A stretch of DNA of 64,000 bases from Gammaproteobacteria bacterium (GTDB lineage: Bacteria > Pseudomonadota > Gammaproteobacteria > JACCYU01): contig JACCZW010000103.1 of NCBI GenBank assembly GCA_013695765.1, forward strand, positions 9,781 through 73,780, in the 5' to 3' direction. The notes beneath the pieces are model-generated. The model did no database searches and was not told the DNA's origin. It worked only from the letters and a program-made list of their open reading frames with translations. Below are positions 9,550 through 20,431 of the stretch, one piece after another (positions within the stretch are counted from its first letter, which is position 1; every line of letters begins with the position of its first letter). A program made the translations under genes and the position numbers.

Positions 9550-9831
9550 CTCCAGTTCCCATTCCCACCACTCTGGCCATCACTGTTTTCCCAGAACTAC
9601 CCCCAATAGAATTAGTTATATAACGCATGGACGGACAATACCCGAAAGCGCCTCTCTTCGGCGAATTTAGAACCGTCCTTAATGTCCTTGTATATAATTT
9701 ATACAAAGTCAGAATGGGTTGCCTGCGGTAGCGCGCGGAAGCCACCTGCCAAATTCTATCGCATCTTGGAATGTGTAATGCTTACGGCTGACGGACGTAG
9801 AAAGCGCGCGACCTGATCGAGACTTCCACCC

Positions 9832-10587
9832 ATGTTCAAGGACCATTTTTCGCGACACGCCGACGCTTATGCCGGACACCGGCCCGATTATCCGGCGGCG
9901 CTATTCGATTACCTGGCGACGGGGGCGGGTGCGCGCGAGGTGGCCTGGGATGTTGCGACCGGCAACGGACAGGCCGCACTTGCACTTGCGCGCCACTTCG
10001 CACAAGTGTGGGCAACCGACGCCAGCGCGGAGCAGATTCGCGCGGCCACGCCTCATCAACGCGTTGCTTACGGCGTCGCACCCGCCGAGACAAGCGGACT
10101 CGAATCCGCGTCGGTCGATCTGATCACTGTCGCGCAGGCGCTGCACTGGTTAGATCTGCCGCGTTTCTATGCCGAAGTGCTACGCGTGCTGCGACCCGGC
10201 GGCGTGATCGCAGTGTGGTGTTATCACCTAATATCGGTGAGCCCGGAGGTGGATCGCGTGCTGGCGCATTTCTACGCCGACACGATCGGCGCCGACTGGC
10301 CGCCCGAACGCCGGTTGGTCGAGGACGGTTACCGTTCGCTTGAATTCCCGTTCGCGGAAATTCAGGACGCGCCCGCTTTCTCGATCGAACGACTCTGGAG
10401 CGTCGAGCAGGTTTTGAATTACGTCAGCACCTGGTCCGCCGTCCAGCGGTATCAGCGCCGGCTGGGCGTCGATCCAGTCGAAGCCCATCTCGCGCCCGCG
10501 TTGCGCGGTACATGGGGAGACCGCAACCGGCAGCGCCAGGTAGGCTGGCCCATCCTTCTGCGGCTCGGCATTCACCGCCCAGCATAG
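9832..10587 (+). CDS. Class I SAM-dependent methyltransferase
   Basis: Motif I (VAWDVATGNGQAA) and WATDASAEQI are present, as in the Methyltransf_11 family. Confidence 0.8.
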   Translation: MFKDHFSRHADAYAGHRPDYPAALFDYLATGAGAREVAWDVATGNGQAALALARHFAQVWATDASAEQIRAATPHQRVAYGVAPAETSGLESASVDLITVAQALHWLDLPRFYAEVLRVLRPGGVIAVWCYHLISVSPEVDRVLAHFYADTIGADWPPERRLVEDGYRSLEFPFAEIQDAPAFSIERLWSVEQVLNYVSTWSAVQRYQRRLGVDPVEAHLAPALRGTWGDRNRQRQVGWPILLRLGIHRPA

Positions 10588-10632
10588 AACCAACCCCCAA
10601 AACTTATCTCGCCCATTCTGAACACAGCGACG

Positions 10633-10840
10633 ACTTTGTCCTGCTGAGTACAATGACGACCTTTGTCCTGCCGAGTACAGCGGCCACCTTTGTCATTCTG
10701 AGCGGAGCGAAGAATCTGACGTGTTTAACCGACGCAAAGCAGATGCTTCGTTCCACTCAGCATGACGGGTTCGTTTCACTTCGCATGGGTTCGTTTCACT
10801 TCGCATGACCCAGGAATGTAATTCTGAGTAAAGCGAAGCC
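10633..10840. repeat. Composite REP-like repeat block (3 units of ~27 bp CTTTGTC[CA]T[GT]C[TC]GAGTACA plus 2 units of 21 bp GGGTTCGTTTCACTTCGCATG)
   Basis: Tandem units read directly from the sequence. It contains GTCATTCTGAGCGGAGCGAAGAATCTGAC. Confidence 0.6.
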
Positions 10841-10850
10841 TGGCCAGCGT

Positions 10851-11900
10851 TCACGCCTCGCTGTGAACCGCCACACCGCGCGGCTGCTCGAACCAGCCGC
10901 GCGTGGCGTTCACCACGCGCACCAGCGCCAGCATCACCGGCACTTCCACCAGCACGCCCACGACGGTCGCCAGCGCCGCGCCGGAATTTAATCCGAACAG
11001 ACTGATAGCCACCGCCACCGCGAGTTCGAAGAAATTCGAGGTGCCAATGAGCGCCGAAGGCCCGGCGATGTCGGCCGGCAACCGCCATAGCTTTCCCCAC
11101 CAGTACGCAAGCGCGAAGATGCCAACGGTTTGAATAATCAGCGGGATCGCGATCAGTACGATAACCAGCGGCTGCGCCAGCAAGGTACCGCCCTGAAAAC
11201 CGAATAGCAGCATCACGGTCGCGATCAGGCTGATTATCGTCCACGGCGTCAGGCGCGCCGAAAACGTTTGCACGCGTGGCTCCCCGCCACGGCTCATGAG
11301 CGCCGCGCGGGTCAGACCGCCGGCGGTGAGCGGAATCACCACGTACAACAGCACCGACAGCAGCAGCGTTTCCCACGGCACGATCACGTTCGTCACGCCC
11401 AGCAGCAGCGCCACGATGGGCGCGAACGCGAAGATCATGATGATGTCGTTGACCGCCACCTGCACCAAGGTATACGTGGCGTCGCCGCGGGTGAGCTGGC
11501 TCCAGACGAACACCATCGCCGTGCATGGTGCCGCGCCCAGCAGAATCATGCCGGCGATGTACTGCTGCGCGCTTTGTGGATCGACTAGATCGCGAAATAC
11601 GTATTCGAAGAACAGCACGGCGAGCCCGGCCATCGTAAACGGCTTGATCAGCCAGTTGACCACGACGGTGATGATCGTGCCTTTTGGCCGGTCGCCGATA
11701 TGCGCCAGCGAGGCGAAATCGACCTTGACCATCATCGGATAAATCATGATCCAGATCAGCACGGCGACCACGAGGTTGACGTTCGCGATCTCAAGGTTAC
11801 TCAACTTTGAGAACAACCCTGGGAACAGATTGCCCACCGCCGTGCCGGCCACGATGGCGGCCGTTATCCAAAGAGTTAAATAACGCTCGAACAGGCTCAT
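10851..11900 (-). CDS. arsB: ACR3-family arsenite efflux transporter
   Basis: [12 protein letters not shown] is the ACR3 N-terminal signature. The 349 aa product is polytopic. Confidence 0.9.
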   Translation of the reverse strand: MSLFERYLTLWITAAIVAGTAVGNLFPGLFSKLSNLEIANVNLVVAVLIWIMIYPMMVKVDFASLAHIGDRPKGTIITVVVNWLIKPFTMAGLAVLFFEYVFRDLVDPQSAQQYIAGMILLGAAPCTAMVFVWSQLTRGDATYTLVQVAVNDIIMIFAFAPIVALLLGVTNVIVPWETLLLSVLLYVVIPLTAGGLTRAALMSRGGEPRVQTFSARLTPWTIISLIATVMLLFGFQGGTLLAQPLVIVLIAIPLIIQTVGIFALAYWWGKLWRLPADIAGPSALIGTSNFFELAVAVAISLFGLNSGAALATVVGVLVEVPVMLALVRVVNATRGWFEQPRGVAVHSEA

Positions 11901-12406
11901 GCCACGCGCCCCTGGTCGTCGCCGATCTCATTCAGGCGGCGTTGCAGACTCATGCGATCCAATGACGTGATGGGCAGTTGCGTGAAGATCCGGATGCGGC
12001 GCTCCAATTCGTAATACGCGGTGCGGAACGCGCGCTGTTGCCGCTGCTCATCGCCCTCGACCGCGGCCGGGTCCACCATTCCCCAGTGCGCGGACATGGG
12101 CTGGCCCGGCCACGCCGGACAGACTTCCCGGGCCGCGCTGTCGCACACAGTGAACACAAAATCCAGCACTGGCGCGTGCGGCGCGGCGAACTCATCCCAG
12201 CTCTTGCTGCGCAGTCCATTCGTGGACAAATTCATGCGCTCGAACAGTCGCAGCGCCAGCGGATGCACTTCGCCCGTCGGATGGCTGCCGGCACTGTACG
12301 CACGGAGACGGCCGAGCCCTAAGCGATTGAGCAACACCTCGCCCATGATGCTGCGCGCCGAGTTACCGGTGCAGAGAAACAGAACGTTGTAGGATTCTTC
12401 GGTCAT
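11897..12406 (-). CDS. arsC: Arsenate reductase, LMW-PTP type (thioredoxin-coupled)
   Basis: [17 protein letters not shown] is the CX5R P-loop. The probable start is MTEESYN at 12406. Confidence 0.85.
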   Translation of the reverse strand: MTEESYNVLFLCTGNSARSIMGEVLLNRLGLGRLRAYSAGSHPTGEVHPLALRLFERMNLSTNGLRSKSWDEFAAPHAPVLDFVFTVCDSAAREVCPAWPGQPMSAHWGMVDPAAVEGDEQRQQRAFRTAYYELERRIRIFTQLPITSLDRMSLQRRLNEIGDDQGRVA

Positions 12407-12422
12407 GGTTCCACTCGATTTA

Positions 12423-12803
12423 TCAGGGATTCGCCCGCCTGCGCGCGGCGGAACGACGCGACGAAGACTTCGCGCCCGAAGCGCCTGTATCGCATAGCGG
12501 AATTGCACAGTCCTGAAGTTGCCCTTGGCAACAGTTCTCGGTCAGGTAGGCCAGCACCGCGTTCATCGCCTCGAAGTCGGCGGTATAAATAAGCGAACGG
12601 CCGTCGCGGCGCTTGCGCACCAGGTGCGCGTGCCTCAGGGCGCTCAAATGAAACGACAACGTCGCGCCCGGCAGTCCCAGCCGCGCCGCGATATCGCCGG
12701 CTGGCGCGCCCGCCGCGCCCTGCTGCATGAGATACCGAAACACATCCAGACGGCTCTCGTGCGCCAGCGCGCTGAGCGCGGCAATGACCCATTCCTTTTC
12801 CAT
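12423..12803 (-). CDS. arsR: ArsR-family metalloregulator
   Basis: The HTH is LDVFRYLMQQGAAGAPAGDIAARLGLPGATLSFHLSALRHAHLV. The C-terminal CCx5C (NCCQGQLQDC) resembles the Acidithiobacillus-type As(III) site. Confidence 0.85.
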   Translation of the reverse strand: MEKEWVIAALSALAHESRLDVFRYLMQQGAAGAPAGDIAARLGLPGATLSFHLSALRHAHLVRKRRDGRSLIYTADFEAMNAVLAYLTENCCQGQLQDCAIPLCDTGASGAKSSSRRSAARRRANP

Positions 12804-13027
12804 ATTTTTAATATTGTGGAAATGTGGATTTATGTCAAGCGTTTCTTTCTGATAACGGCATGGCTCAAAAAGGGAATGAACGCTTCACGCCGGTATCAGC
12901 ATTGACGAGCCGAGAGGCGGACGGCGGAACGGCCGCGAGTAATTGAATCGCGCCCGATCAAGCTTCCGTCAACCGTTCGGGAGCGGTTACTTGAACATCA
13001 AAATCTGCGCTTATCGCAAGATCAAAA

Positions 13028-14611
13028 CTACAAAGAACTGAGAAACGCGAGCAGTGCGGCGCGTTCGCTCTGCGGCAGATTGCGAAAATACTCGCGCGCA
13101 GCCCGCGCCTCCCCACCGTGCCACAACACCGCCTCTTCCAGCGTACGCGCGCGCCCATCGTGCAGAAAGCCCGCCAGCGGGTTAACCGTGTGCGTGAGCC
13201 CGATGCCCCATAGCGGCCGTGTGCGCCACTCGCGCCCGGTGGCTTGAAAATCACGGCGATCGTCGGCCAGCCCCGCGCCCATGTCGTGCAGCAGCAGATC
13301 GGTGAACGGATAAATCTCCTGGTTGGACAGCGACGGGATAGCATCCGGGTGTCGCGCGGTAACGTAGCGCGGTGTGTGACAGCCGGAGCAGCCCGCGGCT
13401 TCGAAATGCGCGCTGCCGCGGCGCACGTCCGCGTCATCCACATTGCGGCGCGCGGGCACGTGCAGCGTTTGCGCGTAAAAACTCAGCAGTTTCGGCGACG
13501 CCAGCGGAGCTTCGGACTGACCATCGGCGCCAATGCCGTTATCGTCCGGATTGCGCGCCAGATAAGCATCGTGCAGCGGCGTACCGGAAATGTTCTCGGT
13601 TGGAAACAGGGGATTGGTGATGCCGATGTCATTGACCAGCGCGGTGGATACCTGGTCAAACACCGTCACGTTGTTAGCCTTGAGGCCGAAGCGGCCGAGC
13701 GATACCGGACGCGGATTGCCTGCCGCGGCTTTCAGCGGATCAAAGACAAAGTTGGCGCGGCCGGAAATCCCGTCGCTGTCCGCATCATCGGGATCGACGG
13801 CTGCGAGCAGGTCGTCTTCCGGGATCGCCTCCAGCAGGCCCAGACCGAACACCGGCGGACCGATGCGCGGCGACATGCGCACATCGGGTTGCAGCACACG
13901 CGAGACCGGCAGCTGCAACGCGCTGGGCGCTTCGCCCGGATTGTCGTATGGATTGCGCACCTGCAGCACTGGCTTTCGCAGAGTGACCATGGCGCCATCG
14001 GCGTAAGTCACGATGCTGGATTCGTAACGCACGAACACATCCGCGGCGCCGGTGAAGGGCGAGTCGGGGCGCGCGTCGAACACGCCACGCTGAAAAACCT
14101 GACGGCCGAAGCCGGGCACGGGTTGAGGTACGCAATAGCCATTGTTGAAGGCGGCTTCGCACTGCGCGCCGCTGCTGTCCTCTATGCTGATCGCCAGCAG
14201 CAGCGACTCGTTCTGGCCCAAGCGGGTAAAAGTCTCGCCGGCGGCGGGCGGCGTGCCGCGCCCGTCACGCTGATGACAGGCATTGCAACTGGAGTTGTTG
14301 AATACCGGCCCGAGCCCGTCCACCCCTTCCTGTCCCGGCTCGCCGAACGGCACGAAAGCCTGTTCGAAGGCCGCGTCGCCTTCCAGGTGTCTCGCCAGCC
14401 CGACCGTGTCGAGATTCGCCGCAGGCGTGGAAAACCCGAAGCTGGAGCGCGATGCGTTGACATCGGTCGTGTCACCGCCCAGTTTCGTCGCGTTTGCGTA
14501 AGCGGGCACTGACAATTCCGGTTGCGACTGGCCGCCGCCGTTGCCACCGCCGCAGGCGGCCAGTCCCGCCGCGGCGAGACAAGCGACCGCAAACGGCGCC
14601 GCCCATGGCAT
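13028..14611 (-). CDS. DUF1111 di-heme c-type protein (imelysin-associated thiol oxidoreductase-like lipoprotein)
   Basis: Two CxxCH motifs (CNACH, CSGCH) and a lipobox (LAACGGG) are present. It lies immediately downstream of the imelysin gene. Confidence 0.7.
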   Translation of the reverse strand: MPWAAPFAVACLAAAGLAACGGGNGGGQSQPELSVPAYANATKLGGDTTDVNASRSSFGFSTPAANLDTVGLARHLEGDAAFEQAFVPFGEPGQEGVDGLGPVFNNSSCNACHQRDGRGTPPAAGETFTRLGQNESLLLAISIEDSSGAQCEAAFNNGYCVPQPVPGFGRQVFQRGVFDARPDSPFTGAADVFVRYESSIVTYADGAMVTLRKPVLQVRNPYDNPGEAPSALQLPVSRVLQPDVRMSPRIGPPVFGLGLLEAIPEDDLLAAVDPDDADSDGISGRANFVFDPLKAAAGNPRPVSLGRFGLKANNVTVFDQVSTALVNDIGITNPLFPTENISGTPLHDAYLARNPDDNGIGADGQSEAPLASPKLLSFYAQTLHVPARRNVDDADVRRGSAHFEAAGCSGCHTPRYVTARHPDAIPSLSNQEIYPFTDLLLHDMGAGLADDRRDFQATGREWRTRPLWGIGLTHTVNPLAGFLHDGRARTLEEAVLWHGGEARAAREYFRNLPQSERAALLAFLSSL

Positions 14612-15783
14612 CAGAGCGCGAAATCGGTATTGGCGATCAGCGGCAACACGCGGGTGGCGAGCAGGTTCTGCGCCGTTTGCAGCGCCGTGATCGCGGTCTG
14701 GCAGCGGATGCGCCCGCCCGGATCGTTAATCGCCTGCCGGAAGGTGATCTGGTTGGGCCGCACGATTGCCGTGGTATTCGAGTTGCCGTCGCCGTCGATC
14801 AGGCCGATTGCGTCGTAGGCGGCGACGATCGCGGCCAGCACCTGATTGGCGAGTAGCGCGTTGTGCGCGAACACGAAAGTGTAAAGACCGTTGCCGGTGG
14901 GTGAAATCGCGTTGACTCTCGGTTTGAACCCCAACTGGCCGGAGTAGACGTTGAGCACGCTCTGCACGTTGTTGTGAAAGTCGGTGAGCGAGTTGTAGCT
15001 GAACTGGGATTCTTCCAGCGATTCGTCCGTGCTGTTGATGTTCGCGCCCAGCGGAGCGGCGATCTTGCCGTTGCCGACTTCGTCGAGAATCGTGATCAAC
15101 CCGTTGACCAGTTCCTCGATCACCGCCGCCTGCGAACCGTACACGCTGGTTGGCCCCGGAACAGTCAGCTGCCGCGCGTAAGGCCCGGAAGCCGGATTGC
15201 TGGGATCGAAGCGCGTCGTCCAGGCGGTTTCGAGCAACTGCGTGCGCTGTTTGAACACCGCGGTGGTGGAGATAACGTAAGCCAGTTCTTGCGGCGAGAT
15301 TGCCGCGACCGGTTGATCGTTTGTGGGTACGCCGTCCCCGAACAGCAGAAACTCGATGGTATGAAAGCCCTGCACATTCTCCGGCGCCTGCAATACGGCC
15401 GCCGTTGAGGTGAAACCCGCCGCGAGGAACTGTTGCAAATCCTGCGTGGAGAGCGGCCAAGTGTCGATCAGCGGGTCGATGCCTTGCGCATCCACCGGCC
15501 CGAACAAAAAACCTTCACTGGTTTCCCACGGCACCCGCGTGACTCGCCATTGGGCCTGAGCAGCATCGAGTTCAGCCTCGGTCGCCCCACCGACCCGCAA
15601 GGCATTGACCGCCGCCAGCAAACGTCCGGCCTGGGTATTCAGGTTCCGGTAGGTCTGCGTGATGATCCGGTTGGCGACCTTGACGGACACGCCGGCGGCA
15701 TTGAACGGCACGGTCTGGGCGGGCGCCTCCTGTGCACTCAGCATGGCTAGCAACGCAGCGCAAAGCACTGACAACATCTTCAT
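14611..15783 (-). CDS. Imelysin-family (Peptidase_M75-like) periplasmic protein
   Basis: A signal peptide (MKMLSVLCAALLAMLSA) and the family-typical AQWRVTRVPWETSEGFLFGP are present. Confidence 0.7.
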   Translation of the reverse strand: MKMLSVLCAALLAMLSAQEAPAQTVPFNAAGVSVKVANRIITQTYRNLNTQAGRLLAAVNALRVGGATEAELDAAQAQWRVTRVPWETSEGFLFGPVDAQGIDPLIDTWPLSTQDLQQFLAAGFTSTAAVLQAPENVQGFHTIEFLLFGDGVPTNDQPVAAISPQELAYVISTTAVFKQRTQLLETAWTTRFDPSNPASGPYARQLTVPGPTSVYGSQAAVIEELVNGLITILDEVGNGKIAAPLGANINSTDESLEESQFSYNSLTDFHNNVQSVLNVYSGQLGFKPRVNAISPTGNGLYTFVFAHNALLANQVLAAIVAAYDAIGLIDGDGNSNTTAIVRPNQITFRQAINDPGGRIRCQTAITALQTAQNLLATRVLPLIANTDFAL

Positions 15784-15808
15784 CTTGCTATTCTCCTCTT
15801 GTAAAACA

Positions 15809-17269
15809 TCAGAACTCGACGCCGAGCCCAAGCCCGGCCACATCGGATTCGTTCGCGATCAGGCCTTCGTTTTCGCGCCGCGAATACTCGGCCTTGAACA
15901 CGATGTAGGGGAGCGGCTTGTAGTTGATGCCAACCGTCGCCGCGGTGCGGTCGAAACTCGGGTTGTCGAGCACGTCGCCCTCGACCTCGGCCATGGTGTC
16001 GTACTCGTCGTAGCGCGCGAACGCATCCAGACGGCCGGGCAGCGCGGGGAACAGATGAAACAGGTCGTAGCCGCCTTCCAGAAACCAGCCGTAGGCTTCC
16101 GACGCGACAGGCAGACGCGAGATGCCGAGCACCTCCGGGTTGAAGGTTTGCAGGTTGGCCTGGGTGATGCCGTCCGCGTTGTCCAGCGAACCGAGCACGT
16201 ATTCGCCGCGCGCCGTCCAGGGCCCGCGCTCGAAGCGCGCGTGCGCTTCGGCCAGGAACAGGTTGGCGTCACCCTGAACATCCTGCAACGGACGGTTCTC
16301 GGCGGTGTCGCCGTAGTAGACGGCGCCGCCCAGCAGCACACCAGGCGCGCCCACCCAGTCTAGGCGCGCGAGCCCGGCGAGGCTGTCAGCATTTACGAAT
16401 TCCAGTTCCGATTGTGCGCCTTCGGCAATGAAACTCAAGGAATCGAAACTGCTGGAATCCAGACCGTTGACCACTTGTGCGCGGTAGTAGAAATCGCCCA
16501 GCGCGCCATCGGCCTGCACGCCGGTCGCGCTCCACACGTTGGGCAGTAGCGCGTCTTCGGCGAGCGAGCGGCGCAAGGTGAAGTATTCCGACGGAAGATG
16601 GTGCGTGTTGATCATGCCGAACGGCACCAGCAGATGACCAAAGCGCATGCCGAAACGCTCAGCAGGCGTCCAGGCCAGGTACGCGTACTCTACGCGCACC
16701 TCGCCGCCCTGCTCGATCTCCTGCTCGAACTCGCCGAATTCCTCGGGCTCGAACTCGACCGCGCTGCCGGTGCCACCGTGTTCGAATTCCACTTCGGCCT
16801 CGATCCGCCAGTCGTCGGTCAGTTCGCGCTCGGCTTCCAGCACCACCCTTTCCAGATCGGTGCGCGAACGGCTGTCGGGATCTTCATCCTGCGCGTTACG
16901 GAAAAAATCGTATTGCTCATAGACGGCGGTGAGATAGCCGCCCCATTCGAGTTCGCGGCCTTCGCCTTCTTCGTCTGCGTCCGCCGTGACTGCCGGCCTG
17001 ACCGGTCTGGCGGCAGTGGCTTCTGCGGGTGGGGCGGCGCCAACTTCGGCCTCGCGGCGTTCGAGCTCGCGCAGACGCTCACTGATTGTTTCGAGTTGAT
17101 TACGAAGCGCCTCGATCTCGGCGTCGCGGACGGAGCTCGCAGGCGGTTGCGCATGGACCTCGCTGCCTGCCGCCAGCAACATGATTGCGGCCAGTGCGAG
17201 GCCGTGCCGCCAGTGCGGCTTGGCTACAAGGATTCCATACCAAGCGCGCTCCGTTGTTGCATCCATCAT
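15809..17269 (-). CDS. Outer-membrane porin-like protein with an N-terminal coiled coil
   Basis: There is a signal peptide, a coiled coil (EALRNQLETISERLRELERREAE) and alternating beta-strand-like segments ending in ...GLGLGVEF. Confidence 0.45.
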   Translation of the reverse strand: MMDATTERAWYGILVAKPHWRHGLALAAIMLLAAGSEVHAQPPASSVRDAEIEALRNQLETISERLRELERREAEVGAAPPAEATAARPVRPAVTADADEEGEGRELEWGGYLTAVYEQYDFFRNAQDEDPDSRSRTDLERVVLEAERELTDDWRIEAEVEFEHGGTGSAVEFEPEEFGEFEQEIEQGGEVRVEYAYLAWTPAERFGMRFGHLLVPFGMINTHHLPSEYFTLRRSLAEDALLPNVWSATGVQADGALGDFYYRAQVVNGLDSSSFDSLSFIAEGAQSELEFVNADSLAGLARLDWVGAPGVLLGGAVYYGDTAENRPLQDVQGDANLFLAEAHARFERGPWTARGEYVLGSLDNADGITQANLQTFNPEVLGISRLPVASEAYGWFLEGGYDLFHLFPALPGRLDAFARYDEYDTMAEVEGDVLDNPSFDRTAATVGINYKPLPYIVFKAEYSRRENEGLIANESDVAGLGLGVEF

Positions 17270-17632
17270 CTTTACGCCACCCAGGAAAGCCGAACAAACC
17301 GGCCCGTGTGCATTCAATTAGCGGGCACAGGGACGGAGCAATTACAGCGGGGGCGTGGCTAACGACATGGCTGGCGCCAAACGCATCCGGCGGGATTCGG
17401 CGGACGGACGTTTAAACCCGTGATGAACGCGAAGCGCTCTCATTTGAATCATGCAGAGCTTGTCAATGTAAGTCAACAAATTTCAGCATGTCCCGACACA
17501 ACTCGTTTATGCACGAGTCGTTATGCAAGAATCCGCGCCCGTCCTGTACTGGATTAACGCATGTCATCGGCTTGTCACTTGTCGCCCGCACACTGCCGCG
17601 ATCAATCACTCTTCATGAGCAAGGTAATCGAA

Positions 17633-19209
17633 ATGAGATATGCACTGGCCGCCATAATGCTGACCGGCTCGATCGGCACAGCCGGCGCGAACGACTTCCC
17701 GGAGACACGGAATTCACTCTCACTCGAACCGATCGGCACCTACGCCACCGGCGTGTTCGACGGTTCGGCGGCCGAGATTGCCGCGTTTGATCCCACGACG
17801 AAGCGCGTGTTTGTGGTTAACGCCGAGGCCAACGCGGTGGACGTGCTGGACATCCGCAATCCACGCCGCCTGACCTTGCTGTTCTCTATCGAAATGGCGC
17901 CGTATGGCACGGTCACCAACAGCGTGGACGTTGATCGCAACGTCGTCGCGATCGCGGTCGAGAACGAGGTCAAGACCGATCCGGCAGGGCCGTGTTCTTC
18001 AACGTCAATGGCCGTTATCTGAGCGACGTGACGGTAGGGGCGCTGCCGGACATGCTGACCTTCACCCCCAATGGCCGCAAATTACTGGTCGCCAACGAGG
18101 GCGAGCCGGATGACACCTATACTGTCGATCCAGAAGGCTCGGTCAGCATAGTCGATCTGCGCGGCAACGTGCGCGCGCTTTCGCAACGCCAGGTGACGAC
18201 CGCGAATTTCCGTCGTTTCAACAGGGCGGACATCGACCCGGATATACGCATCTTCGGGCCGGGCGCGAGTGTCGCGCAGGACCTGGAGCCCGAGTACATC
18301 GCGATCTCGCAAGATTCGCGCGCCGCCTGGGTCAGCCTGCAGGAAAGTAACGCACTCGCGTTGCTAGACATCGAGGCCGGCCGCATCGATAAGCTCATCG
18401 CGCTCGGTTTCAAAGATCACAGCCAGGCGCGCAACGCGCTGGACGCGAGCAACGAAGACGGCGGCATCAACATCGAGTCCTGGCCGATCCGCGGCATGTA
18501 TCAGCCCGACGCGATCGCCGCGTACAGCACCCGGGGCGAAAGCTACATCGTTACCGCCAACGAGGGCGACGCGCGCGATTACGATGGTTTCAGCGAGGAG
18601 ACGACCGTCGGCGAACTTGTGCTGGACCCAGCGGTGTTCCCCGATGCCGCGGAACTCCAATTGCCCGAGAATCTCGGCGTTCTAACGACCACCACGGCCA
18701 CGGGCGACGCCAATAACAATGGCGTGTTCGAGGAGATTTACGCCTTTGGCGCGCGTTCGTTCTCGATTCGCGACGCGCGCGGCAAGCTGATCTACGACAG
18801 TGGTGTCGAATTTGAGCGCATCACGGCAAGGCTGCTGCCCGACGAGTTCAATTCGGATAATACCGAAAACGATTCTTTCGACGACCGCAGTGACGCCAAA
18901 GGTCCCGAGCCCGAGGGCGTAGACATCGGACGCGCGTTCGGACGTCAGTATGCTTTCATCGGTCTGGAGAGAGTCGGCGGCATCATGGTGTACGACATCA
19001 GCGATCCTCGAGATGTGCGCTTCGTGGACTACGTCAACAACCGCGATTTCGATGGCGACGCGGAAGCCGGCACTGCGGGCGATCTTGGTCCTGAAGGCGT
19101 ACTGTTCATCTCCAGCGGTGACAGTCCGATCAATGTGCCGCTGCTCATCGTCGCCAACGAGGTCAGCGGCACGACGACCGTATTCCGGATTAATCGCGAG
19201 CAGGATTGA
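17633..19209 (+). CDS. Choice-of-anchor-I family beta-propeller protein (frameshift near 17988)
   Basis: Two adjacent ORFs (17561-18022 and 17992-19209) read through as ...EVKTDPAG|AVFFNVNGRYL...LTFTPNGRKLLVANEGEPDD. The signal peptide is MRYALAAIMLTGSIGTAGA. Confidence 0.55.
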
Positions 19210-19309
19210 TTGCAAGGGCGGCAAAGGATTGATGAAATACGTTCCCTGTATTTCACCCTTCCAGGCAGCTTGCGCTGTTCAAATTCTCTCCCGGAGAATT
19301 TGTGCCGGC

Positions 19310-20431
19310 CTACTCTGCCGCGAGTGCTTTTCGAGAGTTCAGCGAAGCATAATACGCTGCCACCGCGCGGATCTGCGCCTCGCTTAAGTTGCCCGCGATC
19401 ATCCGCATGATCGGGCTGTAAGCCGTACCGCCACGCGCGTGTTCCTGATAAAGCCTGAGCTGCTGCTCCAGATACTTCGCGTGCTGACCGGCGAGCTTCG
19501 GATACGCCGCGAACCGCGGGCCGGGTTTGAGGCCGTGGCAACTGGCGCAGGGCGGTACGAGGTCATCGGTCACGCCGCGTCTGGCGATCCGTTCACCGCG
19601 ACGCAATCCTCCGATATCCGCGGATTTACCGGCTGGCGCCGCGGTGTCACGCCCGGCGCGCGCATAATGCCGGGCCAGGGCGCGCAACGCTGGATCATCG
19701 ATGCCGGAGGCGGCGGGCTGCATCATGCCGCTGTGCCGGCTGCCTTGCGCGTACGCCTTGAGGGTGTTGTAAAGATAGGTTTCCTGCTGTCCGGTGAGGA
19801 TTGGGAACGCGTTTACGCCTCTCCCTGCGCCATCGCGGCCATGACAACGCGCGCATTCGGATAAAATTTCGGTCGGCGGCCCCGAACGCTGGCTGGCCTG
19901 TTCAGCCCCGCCCCTGTCGGTAGCTTCCGGCCCCAGCGCCAGGCGTTGGTACTCTTTAGCGGTCATATCCGGCAATTGTTCGAGAAACGCGACCATCGCC
20001 CACACTTCGTCGTCGCGGCTTCTCGCGACCCAGGCCGGCATGGCACCATACTTGATGCCGTGTTTGACGATCCAGAACAGCTCGTTACTCTCCCACTCAT
20101 GGATTACATGCATCAGGCGCGGAGGCATCGGCGTCATCTCGCGGGCGATCGGCGACTGCGGCTCTCCGGGCGCGCCGTGACAAGACACGCAACCCGACGC
20201 GTAATGACCCGCCCCGCAATGCACCAGCGCGGGACGGCCAAGCTTCGGCGCTTCGATGCCAAGCGCGTAGGTTCGCACAGAATTTCGCATGACCCAGTGC
20301 AGGAGCGTCTGCGTCACGGGCCAATGACCGCTACTCGCCGCCACGTTGAACAGGCCCGACCACGCGAACAGGAATCCACCCGCGCCAAGCAGCGCGATGA
20401 TCAGCGCGAAACCGCCACGATCGAAGCGCAT
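19310..20431 (-). CDS. Tri-heme c-type cytochrome
   Basis: Three CxxCH motifs are present (CVSCHG, CARCHG, CASCHG). It is the last gene of the oxidase operon. Confidence 0.7.
   Translation of the reverse strand: MRFDRGGFALIIALLGAGGFLFAWSGLFNVAASSGHWPVTQTLLHWVMRNSVRTYALGIEAPKLGRPALVHCGAGHYASGCVSCHGAPGEPQSPIAREMTPMPPRLMHVIHEWESNELFWIVKHGIKYGAMPAWVARSRDDEVWAMVAFLEQLPDMTAKEYQRLALGPEATDRGGAEQASQRSGPPTEILSECARCHGRDGAGRGVNAFPILTGQQETYLYNTLKAYAQGSRHSGMMQPAASGIDDPALRALARHYARAGRDTAAPAGKSADIGGLRRGERIARRGVTDDLVPPCASCHGLKPGPRFAAYPKLAGQHAKYLEQQLRLYQEHARGGTAYSPIMRMIAGNLSEAQIRAVAAYYASLNSRKALAAE

Noticed and set aside
17320-17630. Fur box upstream of the imelysin/porin operon
   Set aside because: Only weak partial matches to GATAATGATAATCATTATC (for example CTCATTTGAATCATGC). 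This is insufficient to call without a scoring matrix.
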